Assembly: GCA_050293845.1 (NCBI GenBank)
Contig: JBNKNM010000105.1
Location: 1-18,112, forward strand
From: Pseudobacteriovorax sp.
Lineage (GTDB): Bacteria > Bdellovibrionota_B > Oligoflexia > Oligoflexales > Oligoflexaceae
Direction of reading: 5' to 3'
DNA length: 18,112 nucleotides
This document shows, one piece after another, positions 8,228 through 17,922 of the stretch. Below the pieces are notes generated by a model that had not been told where the DNA came from, did not search any database, and was given only the letters and a program-made list of their open reading frames with translations. A program made the position numbers and the translations under genes. Each line of letters opens with the position of its first letter. Position 1 is the first letter of the stretch.

Positions 8228-9613
8228 CTAAAACTCAATGTAATTAGGAGCTCGCGGAAAAGGGATGACATCCCGAATATTGGCCATGCCTGTGACATAC
8301 TGAACTAAACGCTCAAATCCAAGCCCGAAGCCCGCATGTTTGCATCCGCCATACCTACGCAAATCAAGGTACCATTTTACCTCCTCTGCTGGAACCTTCA
8401 TTTCCGCCATGCGCCTTTGCAACACATCTAAGCGCTCCTCACGCTGAGACCCGCCTATGATTTCACCAATGCGAGGTGCTAGAACATCCATGGCTGCCAC
8501 AGTCCTATCATCGGAGTTAAGACGCATATAGAATGCTTTAATAGTTTTGGGGTAATCTGTCACAATAACAGGTCTTTTAAAAACTTCTTCCGATAGAAAC
8601 CGCTCATGTTCAGTCTGTAAATCAATTCCCCACTTCACCTTAAATTCAAAGTCTCTCCCCGCCTGAGATAATTCCTTGATAGCCTCTGTATAGGAAATAC
8701 GGCCAAAGGAGTGGGTACCAAGGTCCGATATCTGCTCTTTTGTCATACCTTTAAAGTGCCTCGACAAAAAATCTAACTCATCGGGACAGCGCTCTGAAAT
8801 TTCACGAAATAGGTAACCTAAAAACTCCTCTGCCAGTACACTGTCATCATGCAAGTTAGCAAAAGCCATCTCCGGCTCAATCATCCAGAATTCAGACAAG
8901 TGCCTGGTTGTGTTTGAATTTTCAGCGCGAAAGGTAGGACCAAAGGTATAAACATCACCAAATGCCAAGGCTAGAGCTTCTGCATTAAGCTGTCCCGATA
9001 CCGTGAGATTCGCTGGTTTACCAAAAAAATCTTCGCTCCAGTCTATGGCCCCATCCGCTGTTTGGGGGAAATTGTTGAAGTCCAGAGTTGACACCTGAAA
9101 CATTTCTCCCGCCCCCTCACAATCAGAAGCTGTCAGAATAGGGGTGTGGGCCCACATAAAACCCCGATCTTGGAAGAATTTATGTACCAGGGCGGCTAGC
9201 TCATTGCGAACGCGAAACACGGCGCCAAAAGTATGGGATCTTCCTCGTAAGTGAGCAATTTCTCTTAAAAATTCTAAGGAATGCCCCTTCTTTTGCAACG
9301 GGTAATCTTCATCAGCCTTAGCCTCTATATCTAGACGATCGACATGGACTTCCCAAGCTTGCCCCTTCCCCGGGGATGCCTTCAACACACCATCCACCCT
9401 AACCGCGGCACCTGTGGAGCATTCGGATAGTGAGTCATAAGCAGAAGTACCGGCATCGGCGATGCACTGCAGATCTGATTGGCAAGATCCGTCATTGATT
9501 ACTAGGAAGGCTACATTTTTGTTTACTCTTTTCGACCTTATCCACCCACATACGGTGACCGATTCGCCCTCTTTTTCCATGCCAGTGAGTACGGAACTAA
9601 TTCTAGATCTCAC
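8228..9613 (-). CDS. asnS: asparagine--tRNA ligase
   Basis: N-terminal OB fold (VCGWIRSKR, INDGS), YPLQKK, LTVSGQL, motif 2 FGPTFRAENSNTTRHLSEFWMIEPE, motif 3 GFGLGFERL; GTG start. Confidence 0.98.
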   Translation of the reverse strand: MRSRISSVLTGMEKEGESVTVCGWIRSKRVNKNVAFLVINDGSCQSDLQCIADAGTSAYDSLSECSTGAAVRVDGVLKASPGKGQAWEVHVDRLDIEAKADEDYPLQKKGHSLEFLREIAHLRGRSHTFGAVFRVRNELAALVHKFFQDRGFMWAHTPILTASDCEGAGEMFQVSTLDFNNFPQTADGAIDWSEDFFGKPANLTVSGQLNAEALALAFGDVYTFGPTFRAENSNTTRHLSEFWMIEPEMAFANLHDDSVLAEEFLGYLFREISERCPDELDFLSRHFKGMTKEQISDLGTHSFGRISYTEAIKELSQAGRDFEFKVKWGIDLQTEHERFLSEEVFKRPVIVTDYPKTIKAFYMRLNSDDRTVAAMDVLAPRIGEIIGGSQREERLDVLQRRMAEMKVPAEEVKWYLDLRRYGGCKHAGFGLGFERLVQYVTGMANIRDVIPFPRAPNYIEF

Positions 9614-9654
9614 AATAGACCCCTGTTGGTTATTCAGCTTGAAACATTTATATC

Positions 9655-10881
9655 TTATAGCTGGACTTTAACGCGTTGCATTCTGTTTTGCTCTAAAAAG
9701 TACCTTTCTTTCTCGACTAAAGCCTTCCAAGCTTCAAGACTTAAGTGAGATTCACGGTTTTTACCTTTCACTCCACTATAGACTTCGTAATATACTCCGA
9801 GGATATTTCTTGCAACCCTGTACCAATTGAATTTTCTCACCTGATCCCGTCCTTTTTGTCGCATCGAATCTTGGAGCTGGGGAGATGTGATCACCCGTGC
9901 TAAGGTCGCAGCGAGCTGATTAGTATCGTAAGGGCTGACCAATAACGCTGCATCGCCTACAACCTCTGGAATGGAGCTGGTGTTGGAGGTGACAACCGGA
10001 GCTCCACTGGCCATAGCTTCCAAAGGGGGTAAGCCAAACCCCTCGTAGAGACTGGGGTAAGCTACAACCTTAGCCTTGCGGTAGTACGCTCTCAGCAGAT
10101 CATCTGAAACGAAACCTTTAAAGATAATATCGTCTTTAAAATTTTTTATTTGCAATTGATTGTCAGCGAATAAAGGACTTTCGCCTCCAATGAGCACTAA
10201 TTTAGTGCTAATACTGGGGTTCTGCACTCTTAGTCGCTCATAAGCCTTAACGAGTGTGGAGATATTTTTGCGTGGCTCCAATGAACCCACATAAAGAATA
10301 TAATCATCCTCTTGAATCTGACTGAGACTCGCTACCTTCGGAAACTGATGAAAAGTATCGTCGACGGCCCAGTAAATTAACCGCACTTTCTCAGAGTCCA
10401 CATCGCAAAATTGCAGCAAATCATTCCGTGAGTTATTGCTGTTGGTGATGACCATAGTTGATTTTTTGGCAAGTCGCGGAATAATAAAGTTATAGACGCG
10501 GTGGAATGTGTAGCTGTACCACTGAGGATTCACAACAAAACAGAGATCATGGATATGGACAATCGATTTTCCTCGATATAATATTGGTGCCATGTTAGCT
10601 GGGGAGTGTAAAATATCGACCTGGTATCTCTTGGCCAAGCGGGGTAGTGAAAACTGCTCCCAAAGATGGTTGCGAAAACTCTCTCCTTCCCTGATGGAAG
10701 AAGCAACAAGGGATACATTAGGAAAGTTCCATTCAGGATTATCGAGTTGGCTCTTGCCGGTAAACAAAAAGTATTCGTTATCTCGATCCACCTCAAATAG
10801 CGTTTTAATTAAGTTAAACGCAGCGCGCTGCACTCCTGTTTGCTTCGCTACCAAAAACCGACCATTGATCCCTATTCTCAT
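9655..10881 (-). CDS. glycosyltransferase family 4 (mannosyltransferase-like)
   Basis: [43 protein letters not shown]; start overlaps the upstream stop (ATGA). Confidence 0.93.
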   Translation of the reverse strand: MRIGINGRFLVAKQTGVQRAAFNLIKTLFEVDRDNEYFLFTGKSQLDNPEWNFPNVSLVASSIREGESFRNHLWEQFSLPRLAKRYQVDILHSPANMAPILYRGKSIVHIHDLCFVVNPQWYSYTFHRVYNFIIPRLAKKSTMVITNSNNSRNDLLQFCDVDSEKVRLIYWAVDDTFHQFPKVASLSQIQEDDYILYVGSLEPRKNISTLVKAYERLRVQNPSISTKLVLIGGESPLFADNQLQIKNFKDDIIFKGFVSDDLLRAYYRKAKVVAYPSLYEGFGLPPLEAMASGAPVVTSNTSSIPEVVGDAALLVSPYDTNQLAATLARVITSPQLQDSMRQKGRDQVRKFNWYRVARNILGVYYEVYSGVKGKNRESHLSLEAWKALVEKERYFLEQNRMQRVKVQL

Positions 10882-12008
10882 ATTGCATCGACTCCTAAAG
10901 GTCTGCTAGCTACTCTTTTTTGACAACGCTCGTAAACCTCAAGAGTTTGTTCTGTCATTTTGTTCCAGCAAAACTTCTTAGCATGGTTTAATCCATCCCT
11001 TCTGAGACGGCGTCGTAGGTTCTGGTCTTTTATACCTAGTTCCAAGGCTTCGGCAATAGCTTTAAAGTCATAGGGATTGGCAAAAATTGCATGGGGTCCT
11101 ACCACTTCGGGCAAACTAGAAGAACGGGCTACTACAACGGGAGTACCACAGGAGAGGGCTTCCAGGGGAGGTAAGCCAAAACCTTCATATGTGGAAGGGT
11201 AAACAAATAACTCAGTCATAGAATAAAAAGCTGGGAGATGCCGCTCTTCGACAAATTTTGAAAAGTATAATAAGTGCTTTTTTCCGTAGTTCTCAGCGAT
11301 ATATATAAGACTTCGGTCAACAGGACATGCCAAAACAAGAGGAACACTAATGTCAGAGTAGCAGTACGCTCGGACCAATTGCTGAACATTTTTATGGGGC
11401 TTGTTATTAGAAACACAAAGGATAAATTTTTCAGGCAGGCCATAAATGTCCCTTACATAGCGGATATACTCTACATCGAGAATAGGACGATACCTCGAAG
11501 AAACTCCGTTGTAGGTCACAAAAATTTTGCTGGCATCCAAACCCAGGGTACGCACAATTTCCTTCTTACTAAAATTACTTACCGTCAAAATATACTGGGA
11601 TCTCTGGATACTGGCACGCACGATAATTTGATAATAGAACTGGTGAATCAAGGTGTAAAACTGAGGCAATACCATATGATTGAGGTCATGGATGGTCATG
11701 ATCATTTTACAGGGAACAAACATGGGCGCTACAAAGGAAGGAGCGTGGAACAAGTCAGCTTTGACCTTGCGCAGAAAAGTGGGGATTTCTTTTTGCTCCC
11801 GCAAGCTGATCCATTGGGAGTTCAGCTTTACTAACTCAATATGATCAGGCCACTCTATAGCCTCTAAGGGCGAATCACGATTTACCAGGACATAGTAGGT
11901 ATGGCGATGGTCCATAGAGACCAAACCCTTGAGCAGTTGAAAAACATACCTTGCAATCCCATGCATACTTCCAGGTCTGATCATCCTTGCATCGATGGCT
12001 ATTTTCAA
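10878..12008 (-). CDS. glycosyltransferase family 4 (mannosyltransferase-like)
   Basis: [43 protein letters not shown]. Probable TTG start at 12008 (MKIAID) behind GGAG; the ORF track starts at 12032. Confidence 0.92.
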   Translation of the reverse strand: MKIAIDARMIRPGSMHGIARYVFQLLKGLVSMDHRHTYYVLVNRDSPLEAIEWPDHIELVKLNSQWISLREQKEIPTFLRKVKADLFHAPSFVAPMFVPCKMIMTIHDLNHMVLPQFYTLIHQFYYQIIVRASIQRSQYILTVSNFSKKEIVRTLGLDASKIFVTYNGVSSRYRPILDVEYIRYVRDIYGLPEKFILCVSNNKPHKNVQQLVRAYCYSDISVPLVLACPVDRSLIYIAENYGKKHLLYFSKFVEERHLPAFYSMTELFVYPSTYEGFGLPPLEALSCGTPVVVARSSSLPEVVGPHAIFANPYDFKAIAEALELGIKDQNLRRRLRRDGLNHAKKFCWNKMTEQTLEVYERCQKRVASRPLGVDAI

Positions 12009-12048
12009 AATCTTCTCCGTTCCAAACCTCAAGATTCGCTATTTATTA

Positions 12049-12076
12049 AGGCTAGATCATAGGCTTGTTTTGTCAA
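12049..12076 (-). promoter_or_regulatory. putative sigma70 promoter of the GT4-GT4-asnS unit
   Basis: Minus strand perfect TTGACA (12076-12071), 16-nt spacer, TAGCCT (12054-12049); lies just downstream of a minus-strand terminator. Confidence 0.45.
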
Positions 12077-12098
12077 TTTGACTTTTCCATGGGATACC

Positions 12099-12127
12099 AA
12101 AAAAACCAGACGCTACCTGCATCTGGC
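12099..12127 (-). terminator. intrinsic terminator (minus strand)
   Basis: Minus strand CCAGATGC-AGGTA-GCGTCTGG followed by T7. The 8-bp stem has one G-U pair that forms only on the minus strand. Confidence 0.75.
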
Positions 12128-12144
12128 TTTTAAAAGCTTTTTTT

Positions 12145-12329
12145 AAATCCCGGATGTGAAAAATAGCCCTGTTCTAGGTTACTTCAGCAAAAAATCGTCC
12201 CCATTAACGGGGTGTGGCGAATTATTTTGCTTTGCGCCTTCATGAGGTGCATGTTTTTCATCCGTTCGCACTCAAAGTTATGGAAGTATTCTGGGAATTT
12301 CTAAGCTGAATTTTTCAGATCCCGGTTAA
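12145..12329 (+). ncRNA. candidate structured RNA, 6S RNA (SsrS)-like rod
   Basis: About 185 nt, intergenic. Ends pair (CCCGGATGTGAAAAAT 12149-12164 with ATTTTTCAGATCCCGG 12310-12325). Also TACTTC/GAAGTA, an unpaired central region, upper stem GGGTGTGGCG/CGTTCGCACTC and apical hairpin TGCGCCT/AGGTGCA. Most wobble pairs work only on the plus strand. Confidence 0.45.
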
Positions 12330-12346
12330 TCTCCCACACGTGCCTT

Positions 12347-13000
12347 TTAAAATGCCATACCTACTTCTATACCAGGCTCTAGCGAACTCATCAAACGCCG
12401 TGATAGACTCTCCAGGTCATTTTCAGGGGTCTTTAGGCTATTACGGTTGCCCTCCCTGTCCTCTATGGTGTTTTCAAAATGCCTCACCCCCAGGTAGGCC
12501 CCGATGGAAATGGGCAATACGGAAGCCACATAGCGATATCCTACTCTTATGTGGCCTGTAGCTCCTTTTGCTATTACACTGTGTATGATTTTACCATCGC
12601 TATCAAAATAAACCTCGGAAGGAACAAAGTCTTCCTCTGGAGATCGGCGCCAATCTGCCTCAACCTGCTTATAGCCAAGACCTAGAGCAAAATAGCCTCC
12701 TGACATCATAGCATCATTCGCATACTTAGAATAAGTTAAGATTACTCCGCGGCCTTTTGCAAGGATAGAGTCTCCATTTCTTTCTTGTATTTCATCGTCA
12801 GTATAGAGCTCTGTTTCTCGCTGGATCGCAACTTCAAGACCAATACTTCCCTCTCCTTTTAGGTTATATTCCACCTTTCCCACAGCTTCCCCTCCTATGG
12901 AAATTATGGGAAGATTAACGACTACGGTTCTCTGGTTTCCCAAGGCTACCATGCTACATAGAGTTAGTAAAAACACCTGTGCAAGAAGGATAGTTTGCAT
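12347..13000 (-). CDS. putative outer-membrane beta-barrel protein
   Basis: Start moved to ATG 13000 behind GGAG. Signal peptide MQTILLAQVFLLTLCSMVALG, alternating amphipathic strands (YFALGLGY, IRVGYRY, ISIGAYLG), C-terminal beta-signal IEVGMAF. Confidence 0.75.
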   Translation of the reverse strand: MQTILLAQVFLLTLCSMVALGNQRTVVVNLPIISIGGEAVGKVEYNLKGEGSIGLEVAIQRETELYTDDEIQERNGDSILAKGRGVILTYSKYANDAMMSGGYFALGLGYKQVEADWRRSPEEDFVPSEVYFDSDGKIIHSVIAKGATGHIRVGYRYVASVLPISIGAYLGVRHFENTIEDREGNRNSLKTPENDLESLSRRLMSSLEPGIEVGMAF

Positions 13001-13097
13001 TAATTGTTCTCCAGATAAAAATATTCTTAAGACATTCTTGCACACATGGCCACAAGACACCATGAGGAGACACACCAACCCCACACAAGGAGCAAAG

Positions 13098-13823
13098 ATG
13101 ATCAGTATCGGTCATCGCGGATCACCGGTAGAGTGCCTTGAAAATTCCATGGCCTCATTTCAAAAAGCAATTGCTACCGGCGCAAAACGCATCGAATTAG
13201 ACGTACAGTTAAGTGCGGATAAAATCCCTTATGTTCTTCACGACGAGACGTTAGACCGCACCAGTCAAGGCCAAGGTCTAATAAATGCCTTAGAATCTAA
13301 ACAGTTAGACAAGATTAAATTAAAAAACAATGAGCCACTCCCTAAGCTTGTTCAGGTCGTAGAAATGATGCTGCCGCGGATAGAGCTAAACATCGAACTT
13401 AAGGGCAACATCCCAGAAACGGTTCCAGCTGTACTCCACACACTACCTCCTTTAGAGAGACGTCCCCATAGAGTAATCATATCCAGCTTCCACATGGAGT
13501 TCCTCCAGGACGTAAATAGCCGCGCTCCCCATGAAGAGGTCGCTTTGCTCTGGGACAAGCCCATCAGTATTCTAGAAGTTACCGCAGCTATGGAGACCTG
13601 CCAAAGCCACATTTTTCACCCTGAAGCTGGGGCTGTCGATGCTAAGCTAATGAGTTTAGCACAGCAAAAACACTGGGAGGTTTTCCCCTGGGTATCGCTC
13701 CTAAAAGAGCAAGCCAAGAAAACATTATGGCGTAGACTCTACAGCCTAGGAGTTGATGGCTTGTGCACCAACTACCCCGCTGAATTAACAGCTTTTTTGG
13801 AGGAACAAGAACAGTATGTCTAG
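13098..13823 (+). CDS. glycerophosphodiester phosphodiesterase (GlpQ/UgpQ family)
   Basis: True start ATG 13098 (MISIGHRG) behind AAGGAG. ENS, IELDVQLS, HDETLDRT, NIELK, GVDGLCTNYP; no signal peptide. Confidence 0.93.
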   Translation: MISIGHRGSPVECLENSMASFQKAIATGAKRIELDVQLSADKIPYVLHDETLDRTSQGQGLINALESKQLDKIKLKNNEPLPKLVQVVEMMLPRIELNIELKGNIPETVPAVLHTLPPLERRPHRVIISSFHMEFLQDVNSRAPHEEVALLWDKPISILEVTAAMETCQSHIFHPEAGAVDAKLMSLAQQKHWEVFPWVSLLKEQAKKTLWRRLYSLGVDGLCTNYPAELTAFLEEQEQYV

Positions 13824-14751
13824 CACTCCACGTAAGAAGAGTCATAGTAAGAAAGGACGTATCAAAGCTAAGGATCATACGCTCCTAAGCTACCAGATCA
13901 TCGCACCGCAAAAGCCGCAGTCTTACCTACTTTTCCTGAACGGACGCTCCGAGTGGTCAGAAAAATATGGTGATATTCACGAAAGACTTGGCATTGCCCC
14001 CTCTTGTGCCGTTATTACCTGGGATCACCGTGGTCAGGGTGAGTCTGAAGGTGAAGCAGGTCATATTGATAATTATAAAATCTTTGTGAGTGATGCCGAA
14101 ACCATAGCTAGCTCCTGCATCCCCCCTCACACCAATTATGGCCTGCTGGCCCATTCCATGGGGGGGCTCATCGCCCTTTTGGGCATCCTAAACGAAAAAC
14201 TTAGACCCGAGTTTATTATCCTAAGCGCTCCCTTACTGCGGCTACCGAATACTCCTCTCAAAAGGCCCGTGGCCAGAAAAATAGCCCACACCATGACCCA
14301 CATAGGTTTAGGCCGCCTACCTGTTGGTATCAGCCACGATAAAGTCGACTTTGGCCAAAACACTTTGACTCACTCCTATCATCAGTTTTCTAGGCTGGTA
14401 AGCAACCCGAGGCCCCACAAATCCCCTAGTTTTGGCTGGTTAGCTGCCACTTTCAAAGCCACCGAAGAAGTTTTCAATTGTGAAAAGTTAAAAAAGCTCT
14501 CTACACCTATACTGGTCTTAGGTGGCTCCGAAGAGGCCGTGGTGGATTATCATGGCTTCCCGTGCTGGGTTCGCAAAGCTCTAGGTGTCGTAAAAACCCC
14601 TGTAGAATATATAAAAATTCATGGAGCCCGCCATGAGCTTTTCAATGAGACTCCTCGCCTACTCCATGAAGTGCGCAACCAGATCCGTATCTGGATTAAA
14701 AAAAATAATATCCCTTCAAGCCAATTTGAAATTGATGGTGTAGGAAACTAG
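13816..14751 (+). CDS. lysophospholipase L2-like alpha/beta hydrolase (PldB family)
   Basis: NGRSEWSEKY, WDHRGQGES, nucleophile elbow AHSMGG, GARHELFNE; overlaps the phosphodiesterase stop by 8 nt. Confidence 0.88.
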   Translation: MSSTPRKKSHSKKGRIKAKDHTLLSYQIIAPQKPQSYLLFLNGRSEWSEKYGDIHERLGIAPSCAVITWDHRGQGESEGEAGHIDNYKIFVSDAETIASSCIPPHTNYGLLAHSMGGLIALLGILNEKLRPEFIILSAPLLRLPNTPLKRPVARKIAHTMTHIGLGRLPVGISHDKVDFGQNTLTHSYHQFSRLVSNPRPHKSPSFGWLAATFKATEEVFNCEKLKKLSTPILVLGGSEEAVVDYHGFPCWVRKALGVVKTPVEYIKIHGARHELFNETPRLLHEVRNQIRIWIKKNNIPSSQFEIDGVGN

Positions 14752-15342
14752 GTTGTGGTATTCATGGGCCACCTCAAAGCCATGCCGCCGAAAAATTTTC
14801 TTCATCCTTCGGGCAGGAATGTAGCAAGGGTCCGGTAGAACCTCTGTAACGGAGATCAGCCCCTCCTTGGCTAAAGCCATTTTTAATCTTGGGATGATAC
14901 CTTCATATTGAGGGATTTCACCAAGGACTGTAATCAGCAGGATTCTATCAAAGGCTGCTGAGGGAAAGTTCATAGTCCTTACATCACCCTGAAGAGCCTC
15001 GATATTCTCTAACCGGAGCCGCTTGCGCTTATTGTGCAGCAAACGAAGCATATTCTTTTGGCAATCAACACCATATACGATCGAGGGTGCCAACCGCTGG
15101 GCAGCAGGGATCAGCACCCGACCAGCTCCACAACCCAGTTCTAAAACCTGCTGCCCTGGAGTTAGCTTGGCAAGCTTCAATAGCCTTTGTGGGTGGGAAA
15201 AAATTATCATATAGGGATTTTCCAACCAAAACGCCAGCCAATAGGGCCATGGAATACAATAATACTGACAAAGCCAACGCCAAAGAAAGCATGGCAAACC
15301 AACAATAGCTACTATTATTATTAATGTAGTAAAATCTAGCAT
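14716..15342 (-). CDS. class I SAM-dependent methyltransferase with an N-terminal membrane anchor
   Basis: Motif [39 protein letters not shown]; hydrophobic N-terminus; start overlaps the sdaA stop. Confidence 0.88.
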   Translation of the reverse strand: MLDFTTLIIIVAIVGLPCFLWRWLCQYYCIPWPYWLAFWLENPYMIIFSHPQRLLKLAKLTPGQQVLELGCGAGRVLIPAAQRLAPSIVYGVDCQKNMLRLLHNKRKRLRLENIEALQGDVRTMNFPSAAFDRILLITVLGEIPQYEGIIPRLKMALAKEGLISVTEVLPDPCYIPARRMKKIFRRHGFEVAHEYHNLVSYTINFKLA

Positions 15343-16715
15343 TCTGTTACATTCACAGCTAAACCACCCCGAGATGTTTCTTTGTATTTTGTTTTCATAT
15401 CCATACCGGTTTGCCTCATCGTAGCTATCACCGAGTCTAAGGATACAAAATGAACTCCATTTCCCCTGAGGGATATACGGGCGGCATTAATAGCTTTTAT
15501 GGCTCCCATGGCATTCCGTTCAATACAAGGAATCTGTACCAAGCCTCCCACAGGGTCACAGGTCAGACCTAGATTATGCTCCATTCCCACTTCAGCAGCC
15601 TGCTCAATCTGTTGGGGACTGCCATTCATAGCGGCCACTAATCCGGCTGCAGCCATACTGCAGGCAACACCAACTTCCCCCTGACACCCTACCTCTGCCC
15701 CAGAAATGGAAGCATTCTCAGCGAAGAGTATCCCAATCGCTCCTGCAGTGAACAAAAATTTTCGAATCCCCACTTGATCGGCTCCTGGTACAAAATCCTC
15801 ATAATATCTTAGTACAGCCGGTATGATACCAGCAGCACCATTTGTAGGTGCGGTCACGACACGCGATCCTGCTGCATTTTCCTCATTAACTGCAAAAGCA
15901 TACAAATTAACCCAATCTAAAACACTTAGGGGATCTTTTAAAGCTGCTTGTGGTCGCGTGGAAAGCTCTTGATAGAGGCTGGGGGCTCTTCTTTTTACCT
16001 TTAAACCACCAGGTAGAATACCATCCGTACGACATCCACGATCAATACAAGCCTTCATGATGTTCCAAACGCAGTCGATCTGCTTCATTATTTCTTCCTG
16101 GGATCGCCAGCAGAGCTCATTTGCCAATACGATTGCATCTATGCTCATCCCATGTGTCTCGCACTGTCGCAGTAAGTCCGCTCCAGACGCAAAGGGGTAG
16201 GGGAGCTGGGTCATGTCTTTTTTTAGAGCATCTTTTTCAGCTGTTTCCTCATTTACAACAAAACCACCGCCTATGGAGTAATATATCCGCTGATGAATAA
16301 CCTGCAAGTTTTGATCATAAGCAATAAACTTCATCCCATTGGGGTGGAGGGGGAGGCTTTTTCGACGCAAAAAGATCAGGTGTTTTTTAGGGTCAAACCG
16401 GATCGTTGATCCTCGCGATAACTGCAGTTGCTTACTAACTTTTACTTGTTCTAGCTTGTCTTCTATAAGCTCAGGATCCACCGCACTCGGGGTCTCTCCC
16501 AGAAGTCCTAAAATAATAGCTTTATCTGTGCCATGACCAATGCCGGTTAAAGCCAGCGAACCATATAACTCTATGCTGATGCTTGCCACCTGAGCAAGTT
16601 CACCAGCTTCCTCCAAACCCATCAAAAAACGGTTTGCAGCACGCATGGGGCCTACTGTGTGGGAACTCGAAGGCCCGATACCCACCTTAAACATGTCAAA
16701 TATACTTATAGCCAA
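15336..16715 (-). CDS. sdaA: L-serine ammonia-lyase (Fe-S dependent, single chain)
   Basis: [68 protein letters not shown]. Probable TTG start at 16715 (MAISIFD) behind GGAG; the ORF track starts at 16760. Confidence 0.96.
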   Translation of the reverse strand: MAISIFDMFKVGIGPSSSHTVGPMRAANRFLMGLEEAGELAQVASISIELYGSLALTGIGHGTDKAIILGLLGETPSAVDPELIEDKLEQVKVSKQLQLSRGSTIRFDPKKHLIFLRRKSLPLHPNGMKFIAYDQNLQVIHQRIYYSIGGGFVVNEETAEKDALKKDMTQLPYPFASGADLLRQCETHGMSIDAIVLANELCWRSQEEIMKQIDCVWNIMKACIDRGCRTDGILPGGLKVKRRAPSLYQELSTRPQAALKDPLSVLDWVNLYAFAVNEENAAGSRVVTAPTNGAAGIIPAVLRYYEDFVPGADQVGIRKFLFTAGAIGILFAENASISGAEVGCQGEVGVACSMAAAGLVAAMNGSPQQIEQAAEVGMEHNLGLTCDPVGGLVQIPCIERNAMGAIKAINAARISLRGNGVHFVSLDSVIATMRQTGMDMKTKYKETSRGGLAVNVTEC

Positions 16716-17034
16716 TTTTTCTCTCCACTCGTCTTTTGATTTCAATTTCGCAACAGGCAACCATCAACTAGCATATCTTCCCCGACATCTACAGCTATCT
16801 TCCTTAGCCCTATTAGATCTTATGCGATCTTGCAACCAATCAATGGTAAAACTATGCCTGAAAAAGTGTGGTATGTAAGATACTAACATCATTAGTAGTA
16901 CTAGAACTCTACGCATGATATTTGATGGAAATGCACAAAAAACTGGAAAACTCAAACCGGATCGATCAATTTTGTCTGATCAGGGAAATCCTATTGGAGT
17001 CGGCACGAGACGAAAAACCATTACATGATTTACA

Positions 17035-17922
17035 TCAACTTTTTTCTGGTTTGCGAGAGAATATAACCATTCCAATACCACCTAATATGATGATTAATGC
17101 AATAACTAAGCGCATAGTCAAAATCTCATCTAGAAACAAAACTCCACCAGCAGCTGCAATAATAGGAACCAGAAGTTGTAGGCTGGCCGCTTGGGTTAGG
17201 GTCAGACCAGATAAAGCATAGTACCAAATCACATAGCCACCAGCCGAAGCTAGACTCCCTGATAAAATTGCGTATAAAATGCCTGACGAGGTATAGATAA
17301 ATCTCCCCCAAAGGAATGTCAAAGGGATTGCTAGCAATGACCAGGGTACGGCCCAAGTAAAGTTTTGTGTAGTATCTTTGACAGGATTTTTGCTCACCCT
17401 CCCCGAATCGGTATAAAGGCCCCAAGAAACACCGGAGCCAATCATAAGAATAAATCCTAAAAATGAGGGCGTAGACAGGGTTGGGTAGAGCAAGTAAAGC
17501 AGGCCAGTAAACGCGACAATCACACCGAAACCCTCGATGAAGGACAGTCGCCGCCCCCGCCAGTAAGTCAAGCCAATCAGGGTAATTTGAACGGTTCCAA
17601 AGAGCACCAAAGCACCGGTTCCCGTATCTAGACTAACGTATGCTAACGAAAAACAAATGGCGTACAAAAAGAGCCAAAAACTTGGCAGCTTGCTTTTCGA
17701 CACTATCAATGAAACATTCTGCTTAGGCTTGGATTTTAAAAGAAAGAAAATTCGTAATACCAAAAACCCTGAAAAAATTCTAATCATCGTAAAAAGGCTT
17801 GGATCTATACTGCCATCGGCCAAAGCTAGCCTACAAAATACTGAGTTACCAGCAAATGCAATGAGGGAAAAAATCGTTGCCATGACAATATTCCATGGGA
17901 TGTTTCTATTGGCTTGTAGCAT
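17035..17922 (-). CDS. DMT/EamA family membrane transporter
   Basis: About 10 hydrophobic segments in two repeats; AFAGNSVFCRLAL, YAICFSLAYVSLDTGTGALVLFGTVQ, GYVIWY, QLLVPIIAAAGG. Confidence 0.9.
   Translation of the reverse strand: MLQANRNIPWNIVMATIFSLIAFAGNSVFCRLALADGSIDPSLFTMIRIFSGFLVLRIFFLLKSKPKQNVSLIVSKSKLPSFWLFLYAICFSLAYVSLDTGTGALVLFGTVQITLIGLTYWRGRRLSFIEGFGVIVAFTGLLYLLYPTLSTPSFLGFILMIGSGVSWGLYTDSGRVSKNPVKDTTQNFTWAVPWSLLAIPLTFLWGRFIYTSSGILYAILSGSLASAGGYVIWYYALSGLTLTQAASLQLLVPIIAAAGGVLFLDEILTMRLVIALIIILGGIGMVIFSRKPEKS

Noticed and set aside
12184..12261. 25-aa minus-strand ORF (MKNMHLMKAQ...) and a c-di-GMP-I-like GGCGCAAAGC string
   Set aside because: No RBS for the ORF. The riboswitch's GCAAAC...GAAA P2 elements are missing, and the wobble pairs favour the opposite strand.
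12897..13097. Long N-terminal extensions given by the ORF track for the phosphodiesterase (12897) and the beta-barrel (13084)
   Set aside because: They would overlap head-to-head. RBS-supported starts at 13098 and 13000 match the domain boundary and the signal peptide.
16716..17034. Glycine riboswitch or small ORFs (16764-16955, 16645-16878, 16922-17221) upstream of sdaA
   Set aside because: No glycine aptamer core (GGAGA...CCGAAG...CTCAGG) is visible. The ORFs lack support, and the short TATCTTCC repeat and a GG-N10-GC spacing are too weak to call.
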